The notes: generated by a model from the sequence alone, not told the origin. DNA of 64,000 bases from Chloroflexota bacterium (GCA_028877205.1 JAPPHY010000016.1:207457-271456), one strand, 5' to 3'. Counted from the first letter of the stretch, positions 14,141-23,416 are shown. Program-made: numbers and translations.

Positions 14141-16006
14141 TCACAGGTAGTCCTTGATGCGCTCCGCCAGCGTGCGGGTCATGCCCGGCACGGCCGCGAG
14201 CTCATCTGTGGACGCGTCCTTTACGCCCTTCACCGACCCAAATCGCCGTATGAGCATCCGCCGCCGCTTGGGGCCGATGCCGGGCACCACGTCGATTGCG
14301 GAGCGCAGCCCTTTGCGCGTGCGGCTGCGCTGGTGGTATGTGACGGCGAATCGATGAGCCTCGTCCCGCAGGCGCTGCACCAGGAACAGGGCAGGGGAGC
14401 TGCGCGGAAGCATGATCGACTCCTGCATGTCCCGCACGAATATCTCCTCGTGCTCCTTGGCAAGGCTGGCCAGCGGCACGTCGTCGATGCCCAGCTCCAG
14501 GAACACCTCCACGGCCGCGTTCAGGTGGCCCTTGCCCCCGTCGATCAGCACCAGGTCCGGCAGGATGCCCCATGAGCCACCCTGTGCGGCGCCGTCGTCG
14601 GGCGGTGCTTCGTCATCCGACTGCGCCGCTCTCTGGCCCAATCGCTGAAAGCGGCGGCGCAGCATCTCCTGCATCATCGCGTAGTCGTCGATGCCGTCCA
14701 CGCTGCGAATCTTGAACCGGCGGTAGTGTGACGACTTCGCCTGGCCGTTCTCGAAGACGACCATGCTGCCGACGGGCGTTGTGCCCTGGATATTGGATAT
14801 GTCGTAGCACTCCATGCGGAGCGGCAGGCGCGGCAGGTTGAGGCCCTCCTGCAGCTCCTCCATCGCCGACTCCAGCGCGTCCTCATCGGCGAGCCACTTC
14901 ACCTTGAACTGCTCCATTCGCTGGCCGGCGTTCTCCGCCACCATCTCCACCAGCCTGCGCTTCTCGCCGCGCTGCGGCGTCCGCAGCTCGACCTTGCGGC
15001 CCCGCTTCTGCTCCAGCCACTCTCGAATCGGGTCAGCGTCCTCGGGCGAATGCTGGAGTAAGAGCCGCGGCGGCACGTGCGGAGCGCGGTCGTAGTACTG
15101 CTTCACGAAGTCAGCCATGACGCGCTCCGGCGCATCGTCCTGGACGCCGCCCATCACGAAGTGCTCGCGTCCGATGAGCTTGCCTCCGCGCACAAAGAAC
15201 ACCTCTACCCACGCCTCATCGCCGCCGCGGGCCATTGCGATGACGTCCTCGTCCTGGCCGGATAGTGACACCACCTTCTGGCCTTCGGTGACGCGCTCGA
15301 TAGCCCGTAGCTGGTCTCTGAGGCGGGAAGCCCTCTCGAACTCCCACGCCTCCGCGGCATCCTCCATCTTGCCGCGCAGATCCCTGACCACGGCTTCCGT
15401 GCGGCCCTCCATGAACATCACGACCTGGTCGATGACTTTGCCGTACTCCTCTCGGCTTGCCGCGCCGATGCAGGGCGCTACGCAGCGGTTGATGTAGTAC
15501 TCAAGGCACGGGCGGGGGTCGTCTCCGCGAATCTCCCTTGTGCAGGAGCGGTAGGGGAACAGCTTCTTGAGAAGCGCCATGGTCTTGCGGACGGAGCCTG
15601 CGCTGGCGTACGGGCCGAAGTAGCGGGCGCCGTCGTTGGTGACGCGGCGGGTGACGTATACCTGCGGAAACTCCTCGTTGAGGCCAATCTTCAGGTAGGG
15701 GTAGGTCTTGTCGTCCTTGAGCCGCGCGTTGTACTTGGGACGCCTGCTCTTGATGAACGTGTTCTCAAGGATGAGAGCCTCCGCCTCGGTGTCCGTGACG
15801 ATGAACTCGAAATCCGTCACGCCTGCGACCATATTGCGTATCTTCGGCTCCAGGTTCACTGGCGAACCGAAGTAGGACTGGAGACGGTGTCGCAGGCTGG
15901 CAGCCTTGCCGACGTAGAGCACCTGGCCCTGCGCGTCCTTGAGCAGGTACACGCCGGGCTGCACCGGAGTGGCCCTGAGCTGCTTGGCGATGCTTGGGCT
16001 TGGCAT
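14141..16006 (-). CDS. uvrC: excinuclease ABC subunit C
   Basis: GIY-YIG N-terminus (GVYLLKDAQGQVLYVGKA), a UvrBC-interaction region and a C-terminal HhH. Length 621 aa. Confidence 0.95.
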   Translation of the reverse strand: MPSPSIAKQLRATPVQPGVYLLKDAQGQVLYVGKAASLRHRLQSYFGSPVNLEPKIRNMVAGVTDFEFIVTDTEAEALILENTFIKSRRPKYNARLKDDKTYPYLKIGLNEEFPQVYVTRRVTNDGARYFGPYASAGSVRKTMALLKKLFPYRSCTREIRGDDPRPCLEYYINRCVAPCIGAASREEYGKVIDQVVMFMEGRTEAVVRDLRGKMEDAAEAWEFERASRLRDQLRAIERVTEGQKVVSLSGQDEDVIAMARGGDEAWVEVFFVRGGKLIGREHFVMGGVQDDAPERVMADFVKQYYDRAPHVPPRLLLQHSPEDADPIREWLEQKRGRKVELRTPQRGEKRRLVEMVAENAGQRMEQFKVKWLADEDALESAMEELQEGLNLPRLPLRMECYDISNIQGTTPVGSMVVFENGQAKSSHYRRFKIRSVDGIDDYAMMQEMLRRRFQRLGQRAAQSDDEAPPDDGAAQGGSWGILPDLVLIDGGKGHLNAAVEVFLELGIDDVPLASLAKEHEEIFVRDMQESIMLPRSSPALFLVQRLRDEAHRFAVTYHQRSRTRKGLRSAIDVVPGIGPKRRRMLIRRFGSVKGVKDASTDELAAVPGMTRTLAERIKDYL

Positions 16007-16012
16007 GCCCGA

Positions 16013-16021
16013 ATTCTAGCA
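16013..16021 (-). promoter_or_regulatory. extended -10 TGcTAGAAT, 6 nt upstream of the uvrC ATG (predicted leaderless)
   Basis: The coding strand reads ctgTGcTAGAATtcgggcATG. The A of the ATG at 16006 falls at +7 from the -10. Confidence 0.55.
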
Positions 16022-16060
16022 CAGAGCATGTAGTGCGTCATTTGGAATCCAGAGAGCGCC

Positions 16061-16089
16061 TTGAATCTCCCCATGCGCTCGGCTACAAT
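16061..16089 (+). promoter_or_regulatory. sigma70-type promoter TTGAAT-17-TACAAT for ispH
   Basis: -35 at 16061-16066, 17-nt spacer, -10 at 16084-16089. AGGAGG and the ATG at 16109 follow. Confidence 0.6.
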
Positions 16090-16108
16090 GGCCCCACAGG
16101 AGGCAAGC

Positions 16109-17014
16109 ATGGAGGTAGTGCTCTCAGCGCCCCGGGGATTCTGCGCCGGCGTAGTGCGGGCAATTGACGTAGTCGAGCTTTGCCTGCAGCGATTCGGCGC
16201 TCCGGTCTACGTTCGCAAGGAGATTGTGCATAACCCCTATGTTGTGGAGGACCTGAGGGGCAAGGGCGCCATCTTCGTGGAGGAGCTGGACGAGGTGCCG
16301 GAAGACGCAAGGGTGGTCTTCAGCGCCCACGGTGTGGCTCCCGCCGTGTGGGAGAACAGCCGCGAGCGCGGCCTCCACGTCGTGGACGCGACCTGCCCAC
16401 TGGTCACCAAGGTCCACCTGGAGGCGCTGAAGTACGCCCGCGAGGGCTACTCCATCCTCCTGATCGGCCACGCCTTCCACGACGAGGTCATCGGCACGAT
16501 GGGGGAGGCGCCCGACGTCAGCATCCTGGTGGAGGACACGGATGATGCACGCACCGTCGAGGTGGCCGATCCCGATAGGGTGGTTGCCCTGACGCAGACG
16601 ACCCTGAGCGTAGATGACACCGCGGAGGTCGTCAGCGTGCTCAAGGAACGATTCCCCAACCTGCTGACCCGCAACGACATCTGCTACGCCACCTCCAACC
16701 GGCAGGAGGCAGTGAAGATCATTACGTCGCAGGTGGACGTTGTGCTTGTGATTGGAGCGCAGAACTCGTCCAACTGTAACCGCCTGCGGGAGGTCGCCGA
16801 GGCGGAGGGAGTGCCCGCGTACCTGGTGAACGGCCCGGAGGAGATCGACGATGCGTGGCTGGAGGGAGCCGAGCGCGTGGGTATCACGTCGGGCGCTTCG
16901 ACCCCGGAGCTGCTGGTGGACAGGGTGGTGGAGTACCTGAAGCCGGACTCTGTCAGGCACGTGGAGGCGATGGAGGAGAACGTCAGCTTTATGCTGCCCA
17001 GGGCTCTCCGCTAG
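16109..17014 (+). CDS. ispH: 4-hydroxy-3-methylbut-2-enyl diphosphate reductase
   Basis: MEVVLSAPRGFCAGVVRAI.., HGV.P, and ATCPLVTKVH motifs. The ATG follows AGGAGG. Confidence 0.93.
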   Translation: MEVVLSAPRGFCAGVVRAIDVVELCLQRFGAPVYVRKEIVHNPYVVEDLRGKGAIFVEELDEVPEDARVVFSAHGVAPAVWENSRERGLHVVDATCPLVTKVHLEALKYAREGYSILLIGHAFHDEVIGTMGEAPDVSILVEDTDDARTVEVADPDRVVALTQTTLSVDDTAEVVSVLKERFPNLLTRNDICYATSNRQEAVKIITSQVDVVLVIGAQNSSNCNRLREVAEAEGVPAYLVNGPEEIDDAWLEGAERVGITSGASTPELLVDRVVEYLKPDSVRHVEAMEENVSFMLPRALR

Positions 17015-17043
17015 ACTCTTCCAACGCCGGCGGCTGCAAGCGC

Positions 17044-17511
17044 CTAGCTGTACTGCATTCCCAGGTGCCTTATCGCCGGAAAGCCGTCCTTCGGATCGTC
17101 CCAGAACTCGTCCTTCAGGACCTGCGGATATACGGTTTCGCCTTCCATTTCTCGCCGTGACAGGAATCTGGCTTCCAGGACGTCGTAGGCGTCGGGTTCT
17201 GAAACGGTAGGGTTGTTCTCCGTAGTCAGCTCCCCTGTGAACGAGCTGCACAGGATGAACACCTCGAAGTGATGGATCTTGAAGCGCTGCTCGATGAACT
17301 GCCTCAGATAGACAATCCTGTCGAATTCAACCAGGATTCCAGCTTCTTCGAATGTCTCTCGCCTGGCGCAGTCGAAGACGGACTCGTCTCCTTCCACGCC
17401 GCCGCCGGGGGGAATCCAGAAGATCTCGCCCGAGTGCCGGTCACGGGACTTTATCAGTAGAAGCCGTTCTCCCCGGACAACAAGGGCCGCGGCTCTGATC
17501 CTGTGCTTCAT
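17044..17511 (-). CDS. NUDIX hydrolase
   Basis: Nudix box GGGVEGDESVFDCARRETFEEAG. The start is either ATG 17511 or TTG 17526. Confidence 0.85.
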   Translation of the reverse strand: MKHRIRAAALVVRGERLLLIKSRDRHSGEIFWIPPGGGVEGDESVFDCARRETFEEAGILVEFDRIVYLRQFIEQRFKIHHFEVFILCSSFTGELTTENNPTVSEPDAYDVLEARFLSRREMEGETVYPQVLKDEFWDDPKDGFPAIRHLGMQYS

Positions 17512-17630
17512 CAAATGTCCAGTCAAGCTGGTATGACAGGCCCAATCACTTCGATAGGGCGCGTATAGAGCCCGGTCGGAGTTCCGATTGGGGAGGGCGC
17601 TGGGCGCTACGGCGTATCTGGTAGCAGTGG

Positions 17631-17990
17631 CTAACCCAGGACCACCGTCAGCACGACCAGAATCACCAGCATGAGGGCGGAGACAAGGCCTATTCGCTTG
17701 ATCTCAGGCCAGACGTAGGGGTTGTGTGTGCGTGCTGCTGCAACCGGGGCTTGCCTTGCGGAGGGGGTCAGCCTGGCTGCTTCCGCGGTCGCCGTCGATG
17801 CGCCGGGAGCGGCCGTTTCCTGACGTGTTGCCGTCGCCGTAGCAGACGCCGCTGGCCGGCTGGGCGCGCTCACCTCGTCTCTGACCGCCGGCAGGCTCGC
17901 CTCCACGCCAGCGTGATGCTTAGACGCTCTTCGCTTCTTCTGTCCCAGCTCGGCCTGCTTCGCGGCCACTCGCCGTGACTTTCTAGCCAT
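17631..17990 (-). CDS. hypothetical tail-anchored membrane protein
   Basis: Strong RBS: AGGAGG with a 7-nt spacer. It has a basic N-terminus, an Ala/Thr-rich linker and a single C-terminal TM helix. Confidence 0.65.
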   Translation of the reverse strand: MARKSRRVAAKQAELGQKKRRASKHHAGVEASLPAVRDEVSAPSRPAASATATATRQETAAPGASTATAEAARLTPSARQAPVAAARTHNPYVWPEIKRIGLVSALMLVILVVLTVVLG

Positions 17991-18037
17991 TGGATGGCCT
18001 CCTGTTCAACGCCCCGCGGGGCGACCCCTGTTCTTCA

Positions 18038-18046
18038 ATAATAGCA
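18038..18046 (-). promoter_or_regulatory. extended -10 TGcTATTAT
   Basis: The coding strand reads ttaTGcTATTATtgaagaa, about 45 nt upstream of the ATG at 17990. Confidence 0.45.
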
Positions 18047-18127
18047 TAAGCCCCATTGCAGCATGATGGAAGGGGGAATCGATTCCACTTTGCGCGGATT
18101 CCACGCAGCAACCCCGGCCTTCGGCGC

Positions 18128-19048
18128 TCATGCCCTCGGGTGGGCTCGGTCGTACTCCTCGTGGACGTGCTCCTGTGCCAGGTGCGTATACACCTGCGTG
18201 GTGGTGATGCTGGCGTGGCCCAGCAGCTCCTGCAGGTACCTTATCGGCGCGCCGCCCCGGAGCATGTGCGTGGCAAACGTGTGTCGCAGCGTGTGAGGCG
18301 TGATCGGCGTGGTGATATTGGCCCTCCGGCCGCACTCCTTCAGCGCAAGCCAGAACCCCTGTCGCGTAAGGCGCTCGCCGCGCCGGTTCAGGAAGAGGGC
18401 GTCCTCGCGCTCGTCGACGTCACGGCGGTTCTCCAGGAACTGGGGCCTCACATGCCGCAGGTAGTCCTCCAGCACGATGGCCGCCTCGTCGTGCAGGCTG
18501 ATGAGGCGCTCCTTGGAGCCTTTGCCCATGCATCGAACGAACTTCTCCCTGAGGTTGAGGTCGTCGAGGGACATGCCCACCAGCTCGCTGACGCGCATCC
18601 CCGTTGCGTACATGAGCTCGATCATGGCGGAGTCCCGGCGGGACTCGGCGGAGCCGCCGGTTGCAGCCGCCTCAAGCAGTCTGTCCATCTCATCCTCGCT
18701 GAGGGACTTTGGCAAAGAGCGGCCTATCTTCGGCGCGGAGATGGCCTCGGTGGGGTCTTCCCAGACCAGCCCCTCCTCGATGAGAAAGTTGAAGAAGGAC
18801 TTGACCGCGGCGATCTTCCTTGCCCTGGTGGTGGGGGAGTAGCCGCGCTCCTGCAGATCGATCACGTAGCGGGTCAGCACCCGCTGGTCGACCGACTCCC
18901 AGTCTCCACTCGATGCAGACAGGCCTCCCGTCTCCTCCAGGAACTCCGCGAGCTGGACCAAATCGTTGCCATACGCCGCGACCGTATTGCCGGACAGCCC
19001 TCGCTCGGAGGTCAGGTAGTCCAGGAATGACGTTACGGTGTCCCTCAC
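18128..19048 (-). CDS. xerD: tyrosine recombinase XerC/XerD family
   Basis: Contains HTLRHTFATHML and LGHASITTTQVYTH. Start reassigned to the GTG at 19048, which follows GGAGGAAG with a 3-6 nt spacer, because the upstream ATG at 19081 overlaps a TGcTAGAAT -10 element. Confidence 0.85.
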   Translation of the reverse strand: MRDTVTSFLDYLTSERGLSGNTVAAYGNDLVQLAEFLEETGGLSASSGDWESVDQRVLTRYVIDLQERGYSPTTRARKIAAVKSFFNFLIEEGLVWEDPTEAISAPKIGRSLPKSLSEDEMDRLLEAAATGGSAESRRDSAMIELMYATGMRVSELVGMSLDDLNLREKFVRCMGKGSKERLISLHDEAAIVLEDYLRHVRPQFLENRRDVDEREDALFLNRRGERLTRQGFWLALKECGRRANITTPITPHTLRHTFATHMLRGGAPIRYLQELLGHASITTTQVYTHLAQEHVHEEYDRAHPRA

Positions 19049-19079
19049 TTGCTTCCTCCGCAGGCGCAGTTGTGGCCCC

Positions 19080-19088
19080 ATTCTAGCA
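19080..19088 (-). promoter_or_regulatory. extended -10 TGcTAGAAT for the xer gene
   Basis: The coding strand reads cctgTGcTAGAATgggg, the same 12-mer core as at uvrC. Confidence 0.5.
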
Positions 19089-19133
19089 CAGGCGCAGGCG
19101 TCTGCGCAGGTAGGCGGCGGGAGCGTTCTCTCC

Positions 19134-19162
19134 TTGACACGGCTATGGGCCAAAGGTAGAAT
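19134..19162 (+). promoter_or_regulatory. sigma70-type promoter TTGACA-17-TAGAAT for lgt
   Basis: Consensus -35 at 19134-19139, 17-nt spacer, -10 at 19157-19162. Confidence 0.6.
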
Positions 19163-19194
19163 CTCGCCTAGCCGTCAGGGAGCAACGGAATCCT

Positions 19195-20034
19195 ATGATT
19201 GAGATACCTTTCAACCCAACTATGTTCGTGCTGGGCGGACTTGCATTCACCTGGCACGGATTTTTTGCTTTTGTGGGGGTTGTGGTGGCGGTGTTCCTCG
19301 TGGGCCGGTGGGCGCCGCGCGCCGGCATCGATAGCGACGTGACCTTCGCCACGGCTGTGTGGGCGATCATGGGCGGAGTCGTGGGCGCACGCCTGGTGCA
19401 TGTCATCGACCGGTGGGACATCTACAGCAGCAACCCTGCCGACATCCTTGCGATATGGAACGGCGGCATCGCTCTCTTCGGCGCGATCATTGGGGGCTTT
19501 GGCGCGGGCGCCCTATACGCAAAGCTTCAGGGCTATCCTATCGGCAGGCTGGCTGACCTGACTGCGCCGGCGCTGCTCATCGCCCAGTCCATCGGAAGGA
19601 TCGGAGACATCATCAATGGCGAGCACGTGAGCAAGGCGACCAACGCCTGGTACGGGTTCATCTACTCCCATCCTGACAGCCTTTCCAACCAGGTCCACGG
19701 GAACCTGGGCTCTCACCCCGTGATCGTATACGAGATGTTGTGGAACACGGCGGTTTTGGCGCTGCTCTGGTACATGTGGGGCAAGATCAAGCCGGATGGT
19801 ATGCTGTTCGCCCTGTACATCAGCCTCTACTCCTTCGGCAGGTTCTTCATCACGTTCCTGCGGGAGGACAAGATCTGGTTTGCCGGGTTGCAGGAGGCGC
19901 ACCTGATCTCGATTCTCGTGATGGTTGTGGCCGTGCCGCTGCTGGTGTACCGAGGCCGGCTGGTCGCTCGCGGCGAGGAGGTAGGGCCTCACGTATCCCT
20001 CCGGGAGAGTCAGGGGCAGAAGTCTCGGAAGTAG
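19195..20034 (+). CDS. lgt: prolipoprotein diacylglyceryl transferase
   Basis: Contains GGIALFGAIIGG and RIGDIINGEH with multiple TM helices, typical of Lgt. Confidence 0.92.
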   Translation: MIEIPFNPTMFVLGGLAFTWHGFFAFVGVVVAVFLVGRWAPRAGIDSDVTFATAVWAIMGGVVGARLVHVIDRWDIYSSNPADILAIWNGGIALFGAIIGGFGAGALYAKLQGYPIGRLADLTAPALLIAQSIGRIGDIINGEHVSKATNAWYGFIYSHPDSLSNQVHGNLGSHPVIVYEMLWNTAVLALLWYMWGKIKPDGMLFALYISLYSFGRFFITFLREDKIWFAGLQEAHLISILVMVVAVPLLVYRGRLVARGEEVGPHVSLRESQGQKSRK

Positions 20035-20087
20035 AGGGCTGAGCGAATCGCTCGAGGCCCACTTTCGACTCGGAAGACGGGTAGCCC

Positions 20088-21836
20088 CTATGTCCCTGAC
20101 GGGCGAAAATCGTGAACGACGAGGCGCATGGCCTCCCGGCCGTTCCACCTGTCCAGGCCCAGGCTGTACACCACGTCGATAAGTTCCGTACCCTCTTGCC
20201 ACGCCTCGCCCATGCCGAACGCGATTGCGCTCCACACGGCGCCATCGTGTCTCAGCCGCAGGCGCAAGTGCTGCCCGTTGGTCCCAATCCGTGAGGCGTC
20301 CAGCACACTCGCGCCTCTCGTGATGAACACCGGCGCGGGGTTGCCCTCGCCGAACGGCGCCAGCTCCTCCAGGAAGCGCAGTGTTCCGGCGTTTAGGGTG
20401 GACAGGCGCACGTGGGCGTCTATACGGATGCTCGGCTGCAGCTGCAGGTGACCAATCTCACGTTTGGCGATTTCGCCGAGGCGGGAGCGTAGCTCCGGCA
20501 GCACTTCGCATCGCGCCACGAATCCCGCGGCCCTGGGATGGCCTCCGTACCGCACGAACAGGTCGCTGCACTCCTCCAGCGCCGACGCCAGGTTGAACTC
20601 GGGGATGCTTCGCGCGCTGCCGCGCGCCAGGTCACCCTCCACGGCCGCCACCACTGCGGGTCGATACCGCTCCTCGGACAAGCGGCTGGCCAGCAGCCCC
20701 ACGATTCCCGCGGCGTACTCCTCGCTCCAGAGCATCAGCAGCGGCTCCTCTGCCGGCACGGACTCCACCTGCGCCTTGGCATGGTCGATTGCCCTGCCCA
20801 TCAGTTCTTGCCTCTCGCGGTTGAGCCGCTGAAGCTCATCTGCATAGGGAATCGCCTCATCCGGGGATGAGGCCCGCAGCAGGTTGTATGCCGTGATGGC
20901 GTGGCCCAGCCTGCCTGGCGCGTTCAGCCGCGGCCCCAGCACGAACGAGACCGCCTCCGTGTCGACGGGCGCGCCATCCTTGCCACCTGCGCGCAGCAAC
21001 TCACGCAGACCGGGCTTAGGATCGGCGTTCATGGAACGAAGGCCGGCAGCCACGATGTACCTGTTCTCGCCGACCAGGGGCGTGACGTCCGTCACCGTGC
21101 CAAGAGCAGCCAGCTGCAGAAGCTGCTCGCTCCACCGCAAGCCGAGGCTGTCACAGAGTCCCTGTACCAGCTTGAAGGCCAGTCCTACGCCCGCCAGGCC
21201 GGGGTTAGGATAGGTGGAGCCGTAAAGCCGCGGATTCACGATCGCCAGCGCCTCCGGAAGGAGCGGCGGAGGGGAGTGGTGGTCAGTGATGATGGTGTCC
21301 ACTCCCAGCGACGCGGCCTCCGCGACCTCGTCAAAGGAGGCTACGCCGCAATCTACTGTTACGATAAGCGATGTGCCTTTCCCCCGGAGCGCGTGGACTG
21401 CCTGCGAGCTGAGTCCGTGGCCCTCCGTGACCCTGTGCGGGAGGTAGGGAATCACGCTTGCACCCAGCTGCTCCAGCCCCTCTGCGAGAAGCGCTGTGCC
21501 AGTAACGCCGTCGGCATCGAAGTCGCCGAACACGCCGATGGTTTCACCCGCGTCCCGTGCGGCGCGCAGGCGGGCCACGGCGGCGGTCATACCGGGAAGC
21601 AGCACGGGATCTTCGAGCAGCCGCTCGTCCCTCGCCAGGAAGGCTGCCGCGTCCGCCGGGTCTGTAATGCCGCGGTTGTGCAGAAGCTGCGCGGCCAGCG
21701 GCGAGAACGGCTCCATCGCGCGGATCGCCTCATCCGAAATCCGCGGTGTGACACTCCAGACTCTGGAGGAAGACCGGGCGTCACCAGACATGTCGCGGTT
21801 GCCGTTGGAAGGAGTCAGCGGGCTCAATAACCCCAC
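20088..21836 (-). CDS. recJ: single-stranded-DNA-specific exonuclease RecJ
   Basis: DHH motifs (GVFGDFDADGVTG, ITDHH) and a DHHA1 region. The start is uncertain between GTG 21836 and ATG 21791. Confidence 0.92.
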   Translation of the reverse strand: MGLLSPLTPSNGNRDMSGDARSSSRVWSVTPRISDEAIRAMEPFSPLAAQLLHNRGITDPADAAAFLARDERLLEDPVLLPGMTAAVARLRAARDAGETIGVFGDFDADGVTGTALLAEGLEQLGASVIPYLPHRVTEGHGLSSQAVHALRGKGTSLIVTVDCGVASFDEVAEAASLGVDTIITDHHSPPPLLPEALAIVNPRLYGSTYPNPGLAGVGLAFKLVQGLCDSLGLRWSEQLLQLAALGTVTDVTPLVGENRYIVAAGLRSMNADPKPGLRELLRAGGKDGAPVDTEAVSFVLGPRLNAPGRLGHAITAYNLLRASSPDEAIPYADELQRLNRERQELMGRAIDHAKAQVESVPAEEPLLMLWSEEYAAGIVGLLASRLSEERYRPAVVAAVEGDLARGSARSIPEFNLASALEECSDLFVRYGGHPRAAGFVARCEVLPELRSRLGEIAKREIGHLQLQPSIRIDAHVRLSTLNAGTLRFLEELAPFGEGNPAPVFITRGASVLDASRIGTNGQHLRLRLRHDGAVWSAIAFGMGEAWQEGTELIDVVYSLGLDRWNGREAMRLVVHDFRPSGT

Positions 21837-22084
21837 CCGTAGTAGTCCTCACCCAGCTCGTCCACCTCTCCGTCCAGCCCCAGCTCTGCACCGCAGCTCG
21901 GGCAAAGGCAGTTGCGAGGAATGCCGAGTCCCAGCGCCTTGGCGTGGCCGCAGGCGAGACAGGTCGGCGTCTCGCACTTGAGGCACCCCACCTTCATGCT
22001 TCTCACGCCGACCAGGTCGGACTCGTCCTCGATGCGCTGGCGCTCCTCGAGGGCCGTGCCGCAATGTGCGCAGGTCTCAGTCAT
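21824..22084 (-). CDS. Cys-rich zinc-ribbon small protein (86 aa)
   Basis: Starts MTETCAHCG. Also contains CLKCETPTCLAC and CLCPSCG (9 Cys in total) and an acidic/aromatic C-terminus EDYYGWGY. It overlaps the recJ start by 13 nt. Confidence 0.55.
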   Translation of the reverse strand: MTETCAHCGTALEERQRIEDESDLVGVRSMKVGCLKCETPTCLACGHAKALGLGIPRNCLCPSCGAELGLDGEVDELGEDYYGWGY

Positions 22085-22144
22085 GCCCAACCTTTCCAAG
22101 GCGGCTGCCGGGCTCCCTCGCAAGCCGGAGAGCGGATTGCTTCC

Positions 22145-23416
22145 CTAGAGGCTCTTGAATGCCAGGCAGGTGTTGTGTCCGCCGAACCCCAGCGAGTTCG
22201 AGATGGCGGCCGCCACCGGCACGTTCCGGGAGGCGTTGGGAGTGTAGTCCAGATCGCAGTCGGGGTCCGGGTTCTCGAGATTGATGGTGGGTGGGATGGC
22301 GCCTCGCGACACGGCCAGGACACAAACGGCAGCCTCCAGCGCGCCGGCGGCCCCCAGCAGGTGTCCAGTCATGGACTTCGTGGAACTGATTGGCGTGGAA
22401 TACGCTTCCTCTCCCAGGACGGTCTTGATTGCCATAGTCTCGAACTTGTCGTTCATGGGCGTGGATGTGCCGTGAGCGTTCACGTAGCCCACTTCGGAGG
22501 GCGAAAGTCCGGCCCTTGTGAGCGCGAGCTGCATTGCGCGCGCTCCACCTTCGCCGCCGGGTGAGGGTTGCGTGACGTGGTGGGCGTCGGCCGTGGCGCC
22601 GTGGCCGGCAAGCTCAGCGAGAGGCGTTGCGCCGCGAGCCAGCGCGTGCTCAAGGCTCTCGAGCACCAGAATGCCGCTGCCTTCACCCATGACGAACCCG
22701 TCGCGCAAGGCGTCGAACGGGCGAGAAGCCTTCTGCGGCTCGTCGTTGCTGCGGGACAGGGCGTTGCAGGCGTTGAAGCCCGCAATGCCGATGGGGCAGA
22801 TGGCCGCCTCGCTGCCGCCGGTGATGGCCACGTCTATCTGGCCGCCGCGTATCAGCTGGGACGCCTCCGCAATAGTGTCCGCGCCGGTGGAGCACGAGGA
22901 GATCGCGCTGAAATTGGGGCCCTTGGCGCCCATGAGCATGGATACCCGGCCGGAGGCCATGTCGCCCAGCATCATGGGAATCAGGAACGGGTTGACTTTG
23001 GAAGGGCCTCGCTCCATCAGCACCTGGAACTCCTGTGACAGCGTCTGTATCCCGCCAATGCCGCTGCCGATCATCACCGACACACGTTCCGCTTCCTCGG
23101 CGGCCAGGTCCAGGCCGGCGGATGCAACCGCCTCCTGCGCGGCCACGGCAGCGAGTTGCACAAAGCGGTCCATCCTGCGGGCCTCCTTGCGGTCAAGGTA
23201 GTCCGTGGGGTCGAAACCCTTGACCTCCGCCGCGATCTTGGTCTCGAAGGGCTCCGGGTCGAATGTGCTGATATAGTCCACGCCTGATCTGCCCTCCAGT
23301 AGGGCGCTCCACGTGGTCTCTGCACTGAGTCCCAGGGGAGTGACCATGCCTATGCCGGTTACCACTACTCTCGTTCCCAAGGCTCTGTTTCCTTTCGAAT
23401 ATCCGTGATCGCCCAA
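22145..23416 (-). CDS. fabF: beta-ketoacyl-ACP synthase II
   Basis: VVVTGIGMVTPLG N-terminus, SSCSTG active-site Cys context, and the HGTSTP and GHLLGAAG motifs. The start is uncertain between TTG 23416 and an in-frame TTG at 23380. Confidence 0.93.
   Translation of the reverse strand: MGDHGYSKGNRALGTRVVVTGIGMVTPLGLSAETTWSALLEGRSGVDYISTFDPEPFETKIAAEVKGFDPTDYLDRKEARRMDRFVQLAAVAAQEAVASAGLDLAAEEAERVSVMIGSGIGGIQTLSQEFQVLMERGPSKVNPFLIPMMLGDMASGRVSMLMGAKGPNFSAISSCSTGADTIAEASQLIRGGQIDVAITGGSEAAICPIGIAGFNACNALSRSNDEPQKASRPFDALRDGFVMGEGSGILVLESLEHALARGATPLAELAGHGATADAHHVTQPSPGGEGGARAMQLALTRAGLSPSEVGYVNAHGTSTPMNDKFETMAIKTVLGEEAYSTPISSTKSMTGHLLGAAGALEAAVCVLAVSRGAIPPTINLENPDPDCDLDYTPNASRNVPVAAAISNSLGFGGHNTCLAFKSL

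Noticed and set aside
16124-19030. Long ORFs antisense to ispH (16124..17251, minus strand) and to the xer gene (18056..19030, plus strand)
   Set aside because: These are shadow ORFs opposite strongly supported ispH, NUDIX and xer coding sequences, with no motifs.
18128-19153. The tyrosine recombinase as a marker of an integrated mobile element
   Set aside because: It has XerC/D-type motifs and size. No flanking tRNA, att-like direct repeats, phage or transposon genes are present. The neighbours are housekeeping genes (lgt, uvrC, ispH).
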